64,000 nucleotides of DNA. Source: Convolutriloba macropyga (lineage: Eukaryota). The stretch covers positions 52,886,001 to 52,950,000 of the forward strand of contig NC_134478.1 of the NCBI RefSeq assembly GCF_964194025.1, in the 5' to 3' direction. The position numbers and the translations under genes are program-made. Below the pieces are notes generated by a model. That model made no database searches and was not told the DNA's origin. It saw only the letters and a program-made list of their open reading frames with translations. Of the stretch, positions 12,347 to 24,551 are shown in pieces; position 1 is the stretch's first letter; each line of letters opens with the position of its first letter.

Positions 12347-12922
12347 CTGAAAAAAGTTCTGTTGAATTGCAGAGCATCATTTTCAAAGTCACTTATAAAT
12401 ACAAGATAAGCCACAAAAAACAGGTGGTTTCAATTGTGTTTGCGTTAATAAAACGAAAATGGTATTGATTTTATTTGGAATTGCTGGTCCAAGAGTTCGT
12501 TTTCAGGTCTGAAATCACCAAATATGTATTTCCCTATGGACGCCGAGTTCACACATTTTAAAGCTTTGAAAATTCAGAATTGTCTCAAATCTGTTCCCCG
12601 ATTAATGGTTTTCACTTATTATTACTCTTTCGGACCTTTAAAGCGTTCCACTTTAACAAATCGTTGAAAACTTAAAAACGTTTTAGAAACCAAAACTATC
12701 CGGCAGAAACTACAAAAAGTGTTTCATTCTTCTCAGATACGTTAATAAGAAGTGCCCCCCAGAAAGATAAAATATGTTATACTGCGTTTCACTGATTGAA
12801 ATCTAAAGTCCATACGCGGCCTCTTTCTCTTTGTTTCATTACCAACATTGCAGTAAATTCAGTGTTCCTTTTTTATATATTTTCCCATCCATTTTTGAAC
12901 AATGAGGTGAAATAAAAGATAC

Positions 12923-13058
12923 AAGTGAATTGAGAAAAGAGTAAAAGGAAAGCTAACTTGAAATAGGTGCTGTAGTTTGAGCGAGTAGGAACTCTGAAGA
13001 ACTTGAGAATGGAGAGCAAGTACAACTCAGCATAGTCCAGACTGCACGGCCGATGAAG
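12923..13058 (-). CDS. CNTD1: Internal exon of CNTD1-like gene
   Basis: tttttgtag| acceptor, phase 0, LHRPCSLDYAELYLLSILKFFRVPTRSNYSTYFKLAFLLLFSQFT (cf. the cyclin-box linker I.LPTPL.YVE.LL). Donor t|gtatct is weak; an alternative donor aa|gttagc lies at about 12958. Confidence 0.6.
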
Positions 13059-13640
13059 CTACAAAAATAACACAAGTTACAAATTCCCATTTCTTCTCAT
13101 TACTAGCTAGAGACAAAAATGTCGGAACAATCTTGATATAGTACAAAGGCATCATACTAATTAGATGTTCCCATGTGTATGAATAGGAGAGACCGCGGGT
13201 ACAAGTGTAGAGTATCAAGTGTAGAGTATCTCGAAGACGTCGCCTTTCTATACTATACACATGCAAAGATGCAGCAAGTCAGTATCTACGATATCGCTTT
13301 ATCGAAAATATCGTGATACTTTTGTTTCAACGCATATCTACCAAAATTTGTGCCAAAATTGAGGTACTCTCACTTAAGATTTGCTTAAAATATTTTGAAA
13401 ATTGGGTTCATCGACAAGTTATGACATGTTGTGTCAAATGCACTGCATGTCTTCGAATGATACATTAGGTTTGGGTTCAAAGAGTTGTTATGAAACTACT
13501 CTGTAATGACAGAGCTAATACATTAATACCCTTTTCCTCATTATGGATATTTCCCAAGTAAGGCCTTGCAACTTAACAGGTAGACACCGCCCTTTCAAAC
13601 TTCTCAAAACTATCTCAGTGAAACAATCAAACGAACCAAC

Positions 13641-13870
13641 CGTCTTGTACGTTTTCTTGATCAGTTCCAATTCTTGCGATTTCAGCATTTCTTCCGTAAT
13701 ATAGGCGAACTGAGGTTTCATTTTCTTGATTATATTAACGATACTACTTAGAGCATAACTTTCACTCCTGTGGATTTTCAAAAGAATTTGACCCAACAGC
13801 AGAATATTAACTAAATCAGTTGGATCTTGACTATTATTAACTTTACGCTTTCGCCTTAACACCCGAGTAC
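13641..13870 (-). CDS. CNTD1: Internal exon of CNTD1-like gene (cyclin N-terminal box helices 3-5)
   Basis: tttag| ... acg|gttggt, phase 1 to 0. ILLLGQILLKIH...YITEEMLKSQELELIKK fits the cyclin-box pattern Q(L/I)xxK...T.EEL..SEL.VLK. Confidence 0.65.
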
Positions 13871-13984
13871 CTAAATACTAATACATTATAACATCATTGA
13901 CAAAGAAGCTTGTTTAGTCAGTGAAATTCCAATTAATAAATGAGGCTCGGTAATGTGCGTTGGCACATAATGTTCCGAACCCAC

Positions 13985-14017
13985 CCGCCCAACCACATTT
14001 TTTACTTAATTGTCTAC
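13985..14017 (-). CDS. Possible 33-nt exon of CNTD1-like gene
   Basis: cattag| ... g|gtgggt, phase 1 to 1 (RQLSKKCGWAG), in frame with the 13870 exon. Confidence 0.3.
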
Positions 14018-15764
14018 CTAATGAGCAAGAGATAGGAAATCTTTCAAAAACTAATGAATTGTTCGAGAATAACTAGTCAAGCCATTAAAAAATCGCTTTA
14101 AACTCAAACCACTCGAGAAAGTAAAAACGCCTCGTTAAAATGCCGATGATACCTGCCAAGACAAACAGCAGAATCAAATAAGAACAAAAGCATTAATTAA
14201 GACCAAAACTCAAAGTTGATCTATTTTAAAACCTTAGTAACAAAGTCAAAATAGCATCAGACCTAAAGTGAGCAAATTGACTTGCATTTCACCAGTAAAG
14301 ATATGGGACCTGTCTTAAATAAGAATAATTAAAACGTAAAGCAAAAAAGAGTAGCAATACTGATGATACAATTATAAATTTTGAAAACAATTAATTGTAT
14401 TAAACATCAAAAAGAACAAATAGGCAAAAATCCTAGATTCAACTAAATTTATCGATGAACGGAGTCGAAGTCTTTAAAATCACACACTATTCACTACAAA
14501 CATTAAACGGAATCAAGTGCGCCTTCTTTCAACAACATTAATGCGACGAGTCACCTGTCATTAAAGTTATAATTGGAAAAGACCGCAAAAAGGAACCACA
14601 AAAATTCGAAAGTAAAAAAAAGTTATGAAAACTCGTATTCAAAGCCAACAAACAATTGTTTAAAAGAAAACACAGTAATGAAGACTATATTGAAATACAC
14701 TAGAAAGATTTCACCTTTATTTTTGCCAGACATTGTTACTGGAAGCCAACTGGACTTGTAATTAGTGAGACAAAGTCAAAACACCACAAAATAACAACGA
14801 ATACATGCAGAAAACAAATCTTCACAATTTTACACAGCCGATGTTGAAGCCCAAAAAACCATTTTTTTTGTTGTAAATAGAATGTAATTTCACTGGCCTT
14901 AAATTGACTGTAAAATTAACAATTGCAGCTTGACCATTAAAAATATTATTTTCAAACATTAGCGAAAAAGAAAATTTGACAGAAAAATAATGATTTTTGG
15001 ATATTTATCAACTTATATTAGAAGAAACCCATCAGTTATCAAGCGAAAACAATGAATAGTTTCATTAATAGCTCCATGGATAGCGAAGTAGATTTCTGAC
15101 TTTGTCACTAGTCCACAAAAAGAACAACAGGTGATGGCAAAACACAAGAATGCATTAAATATCGACGAAAATTTGTCGGAACTATTAAAACCATGAGCTT
15201 TACTCAGAAAGCATATTTAATTATTGGATCTCATTTCAACCTTAATGTGACCTTTTGTTAATTGAACCTCTAACTGGAAACAGACTGGTCTGTAATTTGG
15301 ATTACCTAAAATTAAAAAGGAGAGAGCCAAAATGCAATCTGAATCCTTTCAATTGGAAAAATGGACCATGAGGTCAAAACTGGCCTTGCTATCGCTGCGC
15401 GGCTGTCAAAAACGTCATTGTTCCAAATAATTGCGTAGTAGATATTTTAGCAAGCAATAATTTTATTATCAAACAAATTATGAATTTTTGATGAACATCG
15501 ATTTAAATAAGCGACAGTCCGCAATAATAGTTCCCTAAAGTGGGTTAAAGAGGTTAAAAAGCTCTAAAATGATGCAAAAAAGATTGTGTCAGCTGTTTCT
15601 TTGTCTGCATTACCTGTCATGTTGGACACAGTTGGCTAAAGCAGCATATTTGGTTCCATTGTTAAAAAATGATTATGCTGAATTTTCAAAAATTCAGCCA
15701 AAAGCGTGGGTCCGAAATCTTTCCAAAGATCAGATAACTGCCTAAAATGTCACAAAACCCCTTT

Positions 15765-17945
15765 TTATCTCCGACCATATTCTTGTTATCTTTGAATCAA
15801 ACCTCTCATTGAAATCTAAGAGTAACGACATAACGACAAGAGAAATGTTTTTTTTTCACGTTCTAAATTCAAGAGATCTTGCCCTTGAAGAATGGTGAAA
15901 ATGTACCAATATGAGAATGGCAACAATATGTTTGATTCATTCATCTATATTTTTGAGAAAATTCTTGAAAAACATACACCGATTCAGACTGTTGTAAAAG
16001 GGGGTGTAAATTTTAAGAAATCTAAGCCCTGGTTAACACAAGAATTGAAGCATTCGAATGCCCAAAAACATTTTTCGTTCAACAAAAGGAAACAAAGTCC
16101 TGACAGAGAGACGTACAAAGAAATTAAGCGTGTGAGAAACTTAGTTATTAAGAGATTAAGAGAGAACCACAACAATTTTTGCATCAACTTCTTACAAAAC
16201 CTACCAAGTAAGGAACAGTGGAAATTCATTAAACAGAAGATCAGTCGGAGTGAACAAAGTGTAGAGGTTGATGAAATCAGATTAGATATTGGTGAAACTT
16301 CAAGGCACCCAAAAAAGTCTTGTCTAAATTTGCTAATCTAGCTGTTTTCAAAGTTAAAGATGTTGCTTGTAAATACCCTGCTAAACTTAACATACCTGAA
16401 TTCACCTTCAGAACTGTGACTAGAAAAGAACTTTATTCAATCATTGAATCGCTGGACGATAACAAAGCAGCAGGACTTGGTGAAATATCAATTCGTCTCA
16501 TAAAGACTTGCAAATTAGCTATAGGCGTACATCTACAGATCGCCTTAAAAGAGTGCATTAAGGAAAAAAATTTCCCAACTAAAATGAAACTAGCCTATGT
16601 AACACCAATCTTCAAATGATAAATTAGATAGCACATACTATCGACCAATGTCTGTAGAGCGCCTACTTCTAACTCAGATGACGGATTTCATTGATACGCA
16701 CAGAATTATAAATAAAGAGCAATTAAGATTTCAGAAAAAAAAATCAGCAACCGATGCAGTTTCACCAATGGTTGAAACAGTTTCGTCTAATTTGGATCAA
16801 ATCAAAGAAACTGTTGCTATTTTTCTAGATCTTCCAAAATCTTTTAATTCCATTTCGCGTCACAATTTTGTCTTAAAACATTAAATGTATGGTTTTTCCC
16901 AGGAAGAGAGGGAATTGCTGTTTCCATTCATTTGCTTCCAACCGCATATATTTTTCTTTTACCTTCTTTTATCATTTTTCTTTTATAGGTGAACAAATTT
17001 TCATCTAATACAAATACGGAAAAGGTAATTCAATTCACAGGCGACACAATTGTTCAAAAGAAGCTTACATCGGAAAATCAAGGAAATTTTTACAAAAAAA
17101 CAAGAATATGTAAGGATGAATACAAAAAAAACGAATTAATCTTTTGTCGCCCTAAAATTCTGCTTTGGGGTCTATTCTTTACAAAAACTTTAAAAAGTTC
17201 TCACCACATAACAAAATTGCAGATATTTTGGTATTAAAATTGACAGAAACTTTAATTTCGATGAGCAGCTAAATAAAATCTCAAAAATATGGCTCATGCT
17301 ATAAGATCAATGTACCTAATAAGACATCAAATTGGCCTAATATCTTCTTTCAAAATTTATCTGAAAAAATCTAAAACGCCTTAACAGATTAACTAGGGTA
17401 AATAGGCGTGCTTTCTACGCAAAAGTATGACTAAGCGACAGATCCGTCAATTCAGACAAAGATCCTACCAGCTAAGCTAATAATAGCAAAAATGTCACAA
17501 ACAAAACTTCATTATGATATAGCCGGACCAGAAAATTCTGAAAGCTTTCACGGGTATCTGAGTCCTAATCAAAACACTCGAACAAAAATCAAAATTAGAC
17601 AGAATGTCAAAACCAACTATGGAATGAATTCGATTGTTCGGCAATGCGTACAAAAATGGAATAAGTTACCATTCATAGGCTTCGGTTGGTAAAAATGAAA
17701 ACGTTTTTAAAAAAACGTTGATTTTTCTTGCTCTCACAACATGGAAAAATTGCTTTTAATAATAACTTAAGAGCTTTTAGAAGTTATTTTTATTTTTAGG
17801 AAGAAAACAATCGGAAGAAAATTTTGTAATTCTTTAGGAAAATTGATTGGTGTTTATTATTTTGTTTGAATGATTTGAAGTATTTTTTGTTTCAAGTATA
17901 TTTAACCACATGGTTATAACTTTAATTTACTTGTTACAAAAAATA
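15765..17945 (+). mobile_element. Decayed CR1/L2-group LINE, copy 1 (end of APE, RT, 3' UTR)
   Basis: SDH (APE end), KPWLT, LAYVTPIFK and AIFLDLPKSFNSI, with many frameshifts. Confidence 0.85.
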
Positions 17946-18214
17946 GAACAATTCAGTAGCTCACTTCTATATAACATTTTTATCCAAATTTTCAAAGCAA
18001 AATCGATCAAAACTTTAGCAAAAATTATGAAAAATGTTAACAAAACAACGGAAGTGAGGCGAATGTTGACATAAACCTCCGTAACAAGCTTTTTATTAAT
18101 ACCACTCAGATCTCGGTGCAATGAATAAATCGTTCGGTGAAAATGAATGTTCAAAAAATCCAGTTCAGTATACAGTTCCTCCCCAGTAAAGTTAGTCGTA
18201 CAAAAAAAGACCCC

Positions 18215-20200
18215 CTTTCAACTCCGACTATTTTCGTATCATTATTATCCTCGAACCAAGCCTCTCATTGCATTCTGAGAGTGACAACATGATACAGACA
18301 AGAAATTTTGTGACTTTTCTCACGTTCTAAATTTAACAGAGATCGTGCCCTTGCAGAATGATGGAAAATGTACCAATGTGAGAATGGCAACTATAGGTTT
18401 GATTCTTTCATCGATATTTTCGGGAAAATTGTTGAAAAAAACGCACCGATTCAGATTGTTATAAAAGGGGTGTAGTGTAAACTCTAAGAAATCAGAGCCC
18501 TGGTTAACACAAGAATTGATGCATTCGATTGCCCAAAAACATTTTTTGTTCAACAATTGGAACTAAAGTCCTGAAAGTGAGACGTCAAAAGAAATTAAGC
18601 GTGCGAGAAACTTAGTTAATAAGAGATTAATGGACGTTTACAACAATTTTTGCATCAATTTCTTCCAAAAATTACCAACAAGTAAGGGGCCATGGAAAAT
18701 CATTAAACAGAAGATCAGTCGGAGTGAAAAAAGTGTAGAGGTTGATGAAATCAGATTAGATAGTGGTGAAATTCTAAGGGACCCAAAAATATGAATTGTC
18801 TAAATGCATCATTTGCTAATCTGGGGGTTTTCAAAGGTTCAGTGGTTGCTTGTAAATACCCTGCTCAACTTAATATACCTGAATTCACATTTATAACTGA
18901 CTAGAAAAGAACTTTATTCAGTCATTGACTAGCTGGACGATAACAAAGCAGCAGGACTTGGTGAAACATCAATTCGTCTCATAGTTTTGCAAATTGGCTA
19001 TGGGTGTACATCTACAGTTCGCCTTAAATGAGTGCATTAGGGAGAAAATTTTCCCAACTAAAAGAAAACTAGCCTATGTAACCCCAATTTTCAAAAAAGT
19101 TGAAAATTCGACCGCACAAACTATCGAAAAATTGCTGAAACTCCGAGTTTTACCAAAAATTTTGAGCGCCTGCTTCTGACGCAGATGACGGATTTGATTT
19201 TCTTTTATATGTGAACAATTTCTCTTCTAACACAAAAACGGAAAAAGTAATTCAATTCACAGATGACACAAGTGTTGTCTGTTGTTGAAAGGAAAGCTTA
19301 CAAGGTTAAGTTAAAAGTCACGAAAATCTTGCAAAAAACAGAAGAAAAAGTAGAGATGAACAAACAAACTTTGAACACAAAAAAACGAATTAATCTTTTT
19401 CTCGCCCAATAATTCTGATTTCGGATCTAATCTTTACAAAAACTTTAAAAAATTCTCACAACACAACAAAATTGCAGATATCTTGGTATTAAAATTGACA
19501 GAAATTTTAATTTCGATGAGCAGCTAAATAAAATCTCAAAAATATGGCTCATGCTATAAGATCAATGTACCTAATAAGACATCAAATTGGCCTAATATCT
19601 TCTTTCAAAATTTATCTGAAAAATCTAAAACGCCTTAACAGATTAACTAGGGTAAATAGACGTGCTTTCTACGCAAAAAGTATGACTAAGCGACAGATCC
19701 GTCAGTTCAGACAAAGATCCTACCAGCTAAGCTAATAATAGCAAAAAGGTCACTAACAAAACTTCATTATGATATAGCCAGACCAGAAAATTCTGAAAGC
19801 TTTCACTGGTATCTGAGTCCTAATCAAAACACTCGAACAAAATTCAAAATTAGACAGAATGTCAAAACCAACAATGGAATGAATTCGATTGTTCGGCAAT
19901 GCGTACAAAAATGGAATAATTTACCACAGTGGCTTCGGTTGGCAAAAATGAAAACTTTTCTAAGAAAACGTTGAATGCTTTCTTGCTCTCACAAAATGAA
20001 AAATTCCTTTTAATAGTAACTTAAGAGCTTTTAAAAGTTATTTTTATTTTTAGGAAGAAAACAATCGGAAGAAAATTTTATGTAATTCTTTAGGAAAATT
20101 GATTGGTGTTTTTTATTTTGTTTGAATGATTTGAAGTATTTTTTGTTTCAAGTATATTTAACATGGTTATAACTTTAATTTACTTGTTACAAAAAATAGA
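18215..20200 (+). mobile_element. Decayed CR1/L2-group LINE, copy 2 (tandem segmental duplicate)
   Basis: Near-identical to copy 1 including 3' flank out to about 20440, with different internal deletions (lacks the equivalent of about 16690-16980). Confidence 0.85.
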
Positions 20201-21716
20201 AAAATTCTGTAGCTCACTTCTATACAACATTTTTATCCAAATTTTCAAAGCAAAATTCATCAAAACTTCAGCAAAAATTAGTAAAAATGTAAACAAAACA
20301 ACGGAAGTGAGGCGAACGTTCACATAAACCTCCTTAACTCACTGGAGGACGCGAAGTTCAAACAATCGTATTTTGATTTTCTGCGCTCGACAAGCTTTAT
20401 ATTAATACCACTCAGATCTCTGTGCAGTGAATATATCGATCGTTTAAAATTGATATATTGCGGCTTAGCTTAGCAACACACTCAATTGTTAATTCTGTCT
20501 TATTAAGAAACTTGTTAATTTTGTCTTAGTAAACTGACATACAGTGCGTATTGAAGCACACTTTCTTGAGCGGTAAATTACTTGTTATCGTGTCTTGTTT
20601 CTGTAGATCATATTAGTTATTGTACAGTTTTAACTTACTTTGACTTGTGAAAAAAGAATTAACTTTGATATTCTCAAAACTTTCTTTCTGAGGAACGAAG
20701 TTCCTAAAAACCAATAGAGAGACTTGCTAACTTTGAATTTTGAAACATATTATTATTATCAGATTTGCAAAGGGTAAAAGGCCCTGTTTTACAACTGCTA
20801 ACTGTAGCAGGTTGAAACTTTGCAGAGTCATAGCCAAGTTATAAGGCTACAGTTTTTCGAAGCGGGATTTCCCAAATTCGGTTTATAACTTGAGTTATTA
20901 ATAAAAGAAACTCAACAAAAAATTGATTGCTTCAATTTGAATTATTTTGTTAATCTGAGAGAAACAAGTTTGTTATACAGCAAAGCTGAGCAATTAGTTA
21001 TCAAGCGTAATAGAGCAACAAGTAATGCAACGGTAATCTACAGTATAGCGGATATACAGTTCACAAAAGTTAACTGCAAAAATACAATATCCGGACAGAT
21101 TTGAAACCGCTGAAACGAACTGGGCGGTGTAAAGTTTTCCTTGACTTTGATAGGAGAGCAGCCGTTACAGAGTGCACAAAAAATCCAGTTGAGTGTATAG
21201 GTCTTCTCCAGTAAAGTAGGTCGTACAAAAGACATAACCACCCCTTCCAACTCAGAATATTTGATTGATTGGGAGAGCAAAATTTATTAATCCACTACAC
21301 AATCTACTAGCGCCAAAAATGAAAGTCGAGGCACATTTCAGGATTAAATTACGAGTGGGGTCTGCGCTGAAAGTGCTTTTTTGTGTTGTAGTGAACAATT
21401 TAAAAACAATCAAATCATGTCACAAAAAACTCTGCTCAAAAGTCTTGCTTGAGCTTAGGGAGGCTAGCATCACTGGATAAGAGATGGTAATTTCCATTTC
21501 AGCAGAACGAAAAAGATTTTATGAGCCTTGTTTGGCTAACAGTTGCCAAGCTGAATAAATTACAGTCAGCTTGAATAGGGTTAAACATGCTTGTCACGAA
21601 ATAAAAAGCGACAGAAAAATAATTGATCTTAATTTACAAACTGTTACATACAATCACTTTCTGCAGCTACAATTAGAACACCCAGTGGTAAAAAGAATCT
21701 CATTAAGTAAGCTAAC

Positions 21717-21996
21717 TTGAACGCAAAATGAACATCGCATAAATTTCGAGAGCAATTTTCCAATTAAAATCGACTTTGTTTTCCTTATTTCAGCAACTTT
21801 TCACACTCATTCAAAATTCTAATATAGAGCACTGAACGAAGGATTACTTAACACAGTGATTACTTCGGGGTGAGTTTTTAAATCATGAAGTCGTTGAACT
21901 CCCGATGCAAACTTTTCATTAAATTTATGGAGCGGATTAAGTCAGGAACGGATTCTGAATTGTTCAAAAGTTTCTCAAAATTAAGTAATTTTTCAT
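21717..21996 (-). pseudogene. Putative frameshift-disrupted 5' coding region of the CNTD1-like gene
   Basis: Segments LLNFEKLLNNSESVPDLI / FNEKFASGVQRLHDLKTHPEVI / ILNECEKLL / WKIALEIYAMFILR resemble the CNTD1 N-terminus in order but lie in different frames. Ends at a phase-1 donor a|gttagc. Confidence 0.3.
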
Positions 21997-22199
21997 GTAA
22001 AATAGCGATTGAGAAAAACCCTTCCTCTTATAGGGTAGTCGACCAACTAGGTGCGGCAAGTCAACTCCAATATACATCTACAAATTCTCGCCGTAGTCAA
22101 ACGTCAAAGCATTGTATATAAACAAAGATAGGAAAGGGATTAGGAAAGGGTGTACAACAATTTTACAACGCCATTTGAAAAATTTATCAGCTGACTTAA

Positions 22200-24545
22200 G
22201 ACAACAACCACCCCTCTGCCTCCAATGAACGCTTCGACAAAGGGAAGCCGCCGCATTGATCGTGCGCCACGTAGGCAGTGTATGGAGCCGCGCAAGAGCG
22301 CAAAGCTAAGTTTTGCCTCGATGCAACCACGTCAGAATAAGAATAGTCTTTTCATTCGCTGCTTCTTACTGCCAACTTCCATATGGCTTTCGACGCTGAC
22401 GTGCTAGCATCAAGTTTTATTGAAACACGAACCAGAAAACGCCTTTGCTTCGATATTTAATCGAGCGTAGTCATTACTCGTAATTCTACTTGCAAAGGTT
22501 TCTGCAAAATCCGGAGACAGGGCTCCACTTCGAGGTTACATACTTCATCGATCAAATTATCAGAATAATCGCGTATATCATTGAACCTGATGTAGGTAAA
22601 GCCATCTTTTGGACAATGTAACGCATCAGCTACGTTGAATTTTTCTCACATAAACAGGTTGATGTTATTTTCAGTTTCCCAGCCGTATGAGGGCAATGCG
22701 GTCTCTAAATTCTCCCTTGGTTAGATGAAAACTGTATCTTTTCAACGGGAGACCGTTGAAATATCACTACGCTCCTCTTTTCTTTTCTAACCCTCAGTTT
22801 CATCAATGATATCTCTCATTTTTGGAATTTTCTCGCGAGCCGGGAGGCTGCTTTTTTTTGATCTTCTCAAGGATCTGTTCCTGTATTACAACAGGATCCG
22901 CAGCGCTATACTCAAACAAGTGTTCACACATTTGAACAGATCTTTGATACTAGTTTTCCGTCTTCAGATAACAAAAAGTTTAGGCTACCTTTCACTAGAA
23001 GAAGATATTTCCATATCTATCGTTGAAGAAAGGAGGGTTCATCATTGAAGTGATTAAATAATTTTCAACTATATTTTCTGCATCTCGAAGTTGCTTCCCG
23101 GAACCTGGCTTCCTTCTTGCAAAGAAGTTGAATTAATATCGGACTCTGTTTAAGAACTACAGACATTCTGAGGAGACATCTTACATTGACTGTTTTGATA
23201 GTTGGACCGACTAGTTGTCCAACTTTTCATGCAGGAACTGTTGGCAACATTCATTTCAGCTTAATACAGAACCTAGAACACGATGACCTTCAATCACATC
23301 AACATCTAAACCCAAAAAACGCTTTTTATCTCTACGTATTTCAATTTTGCGATTCGATAACACTTCCTCACAATGTATCTGAAGGCATTTCCATGTTCAT
23401 TGAGCCGTTTCAACTCATTAAGACTGAAGTGTACCAGCAGCATTACCGTCACCGGCGTACCACATGATCTTCGATTATAGATGAGAAAATCTATGATCTT
23501 TGAGTAAATCTGATCGCCGAGTAGGTAGAGTGGAACAACAGGTACACCATTCGTGCCATTGTGATCCGATCCCCTACAATGTACTTTGAGACTTGATTAC
23601 ATTTTTACTATGAAAAAGTCTTAATAATGTCTTGCACGAATTTTTAACAGCTGGATAAAGTGAAGGACAAGGTTTTGCGATTCCTTGCGGCAAGATCTCT
23701 GGTAAAGACTGTTGAATGCGCTCTTGGCATCGACAAGTAAAATTCCTTCTGTACTTTTATTTTGGAAGTGTCGACGAAGCGCATGATTACTATGTTCAGT
23801 GCCACTCTTTTGTCCTAGACAAAGCTGTACATTTCCCGCATTTTCTGAAGATCTTGTTACACTTCACAATTCTTTATTAATTCTGCCTTTTAACAATGTT
23901 TTACAAACATCACGTGGGGAAGTCTCAAATTATGTTACTAACCATTGACATTCGTTTGCATCAATACTGGAGGGACCACGACTATCATTTGTCTTCAATG
24001 AGTTTCTCCTATGATACTGACACGTTTATACTCACACAATTATCTGCTGTGGATAAGACACCATCTTTTACAACATCAGTCGAGCGTCCTAAAGCGCTCG
24101 ATATCTTAGCGGTTTTCACTTTCTGATCAAAGGCCCTGTATTCACTCACTTTTCGTTTTTCAGTAGTTTTACTTACACGTTCTTGAAGTACATTGGCTTC
24201 GTTAAACAGGTCACCGAAACTGCATCGGACAATGGGTCCAGTCTTTCATCGATTGTTTTCGATATGGATCCATGGTCATCGCTTTTCGGTGTGGATGAGG
24301 TTTTATGAAAGATTTGGACGAGGCATTATTATTGCACATATCATTGAGCTAGCGATTCTTCAAAAATTTCAAGAAATCGCTTGGTTCTGGAATTAGAATG
24401 TCGTCGTGGAGATGCCACGTGGGTACAAGCCCCTCATTTATGTTCTTGTTTTAGCACGCGTGTTTGCAAAAATCAAAAATCCATATGCATGGGTCCTGTA
24501 CACTCCGGTTACTCTCAAAATAGTCCCACAATTACTGAATTAGTC
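22200..24545 (-). mobile_element. Heavily decayed RLE-type (CRE-like, second family) retrotransposon
   Basis: Minus-strand remnants STEGILLVDAKSAFNSL (about 23715-23755), GDLFNEANVLQER (about 24180-24215) and NDYARLNIEAKAF (about 22440-22475). Confidence 0.7.
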
Positions 24546-24551
24546 GTCTTT

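Noticed and set aside
13515-13640. C-terminal part of the 115-aa ORF as coding
   Set aside because: Splicing at acg|gttggt to the 13058 exon gives a better cyclin-box continuation, so this part is probably intron read-through.
21717-21996. Genome-wide alternative genetic code explaining in-frame stops
   Set aside because: Reassigning TGA or TAA alone does not open a single frame, and intact element ORFs terminate at ordinary TAA, TAG and TGA codons.
24381-24551. N-terminal extension of the 423-aa RNase H ORF as a fusion gene
   Set aside because: Chance read-in from the antisense strand of a decayed CRE-like element, with a non-ATG start.
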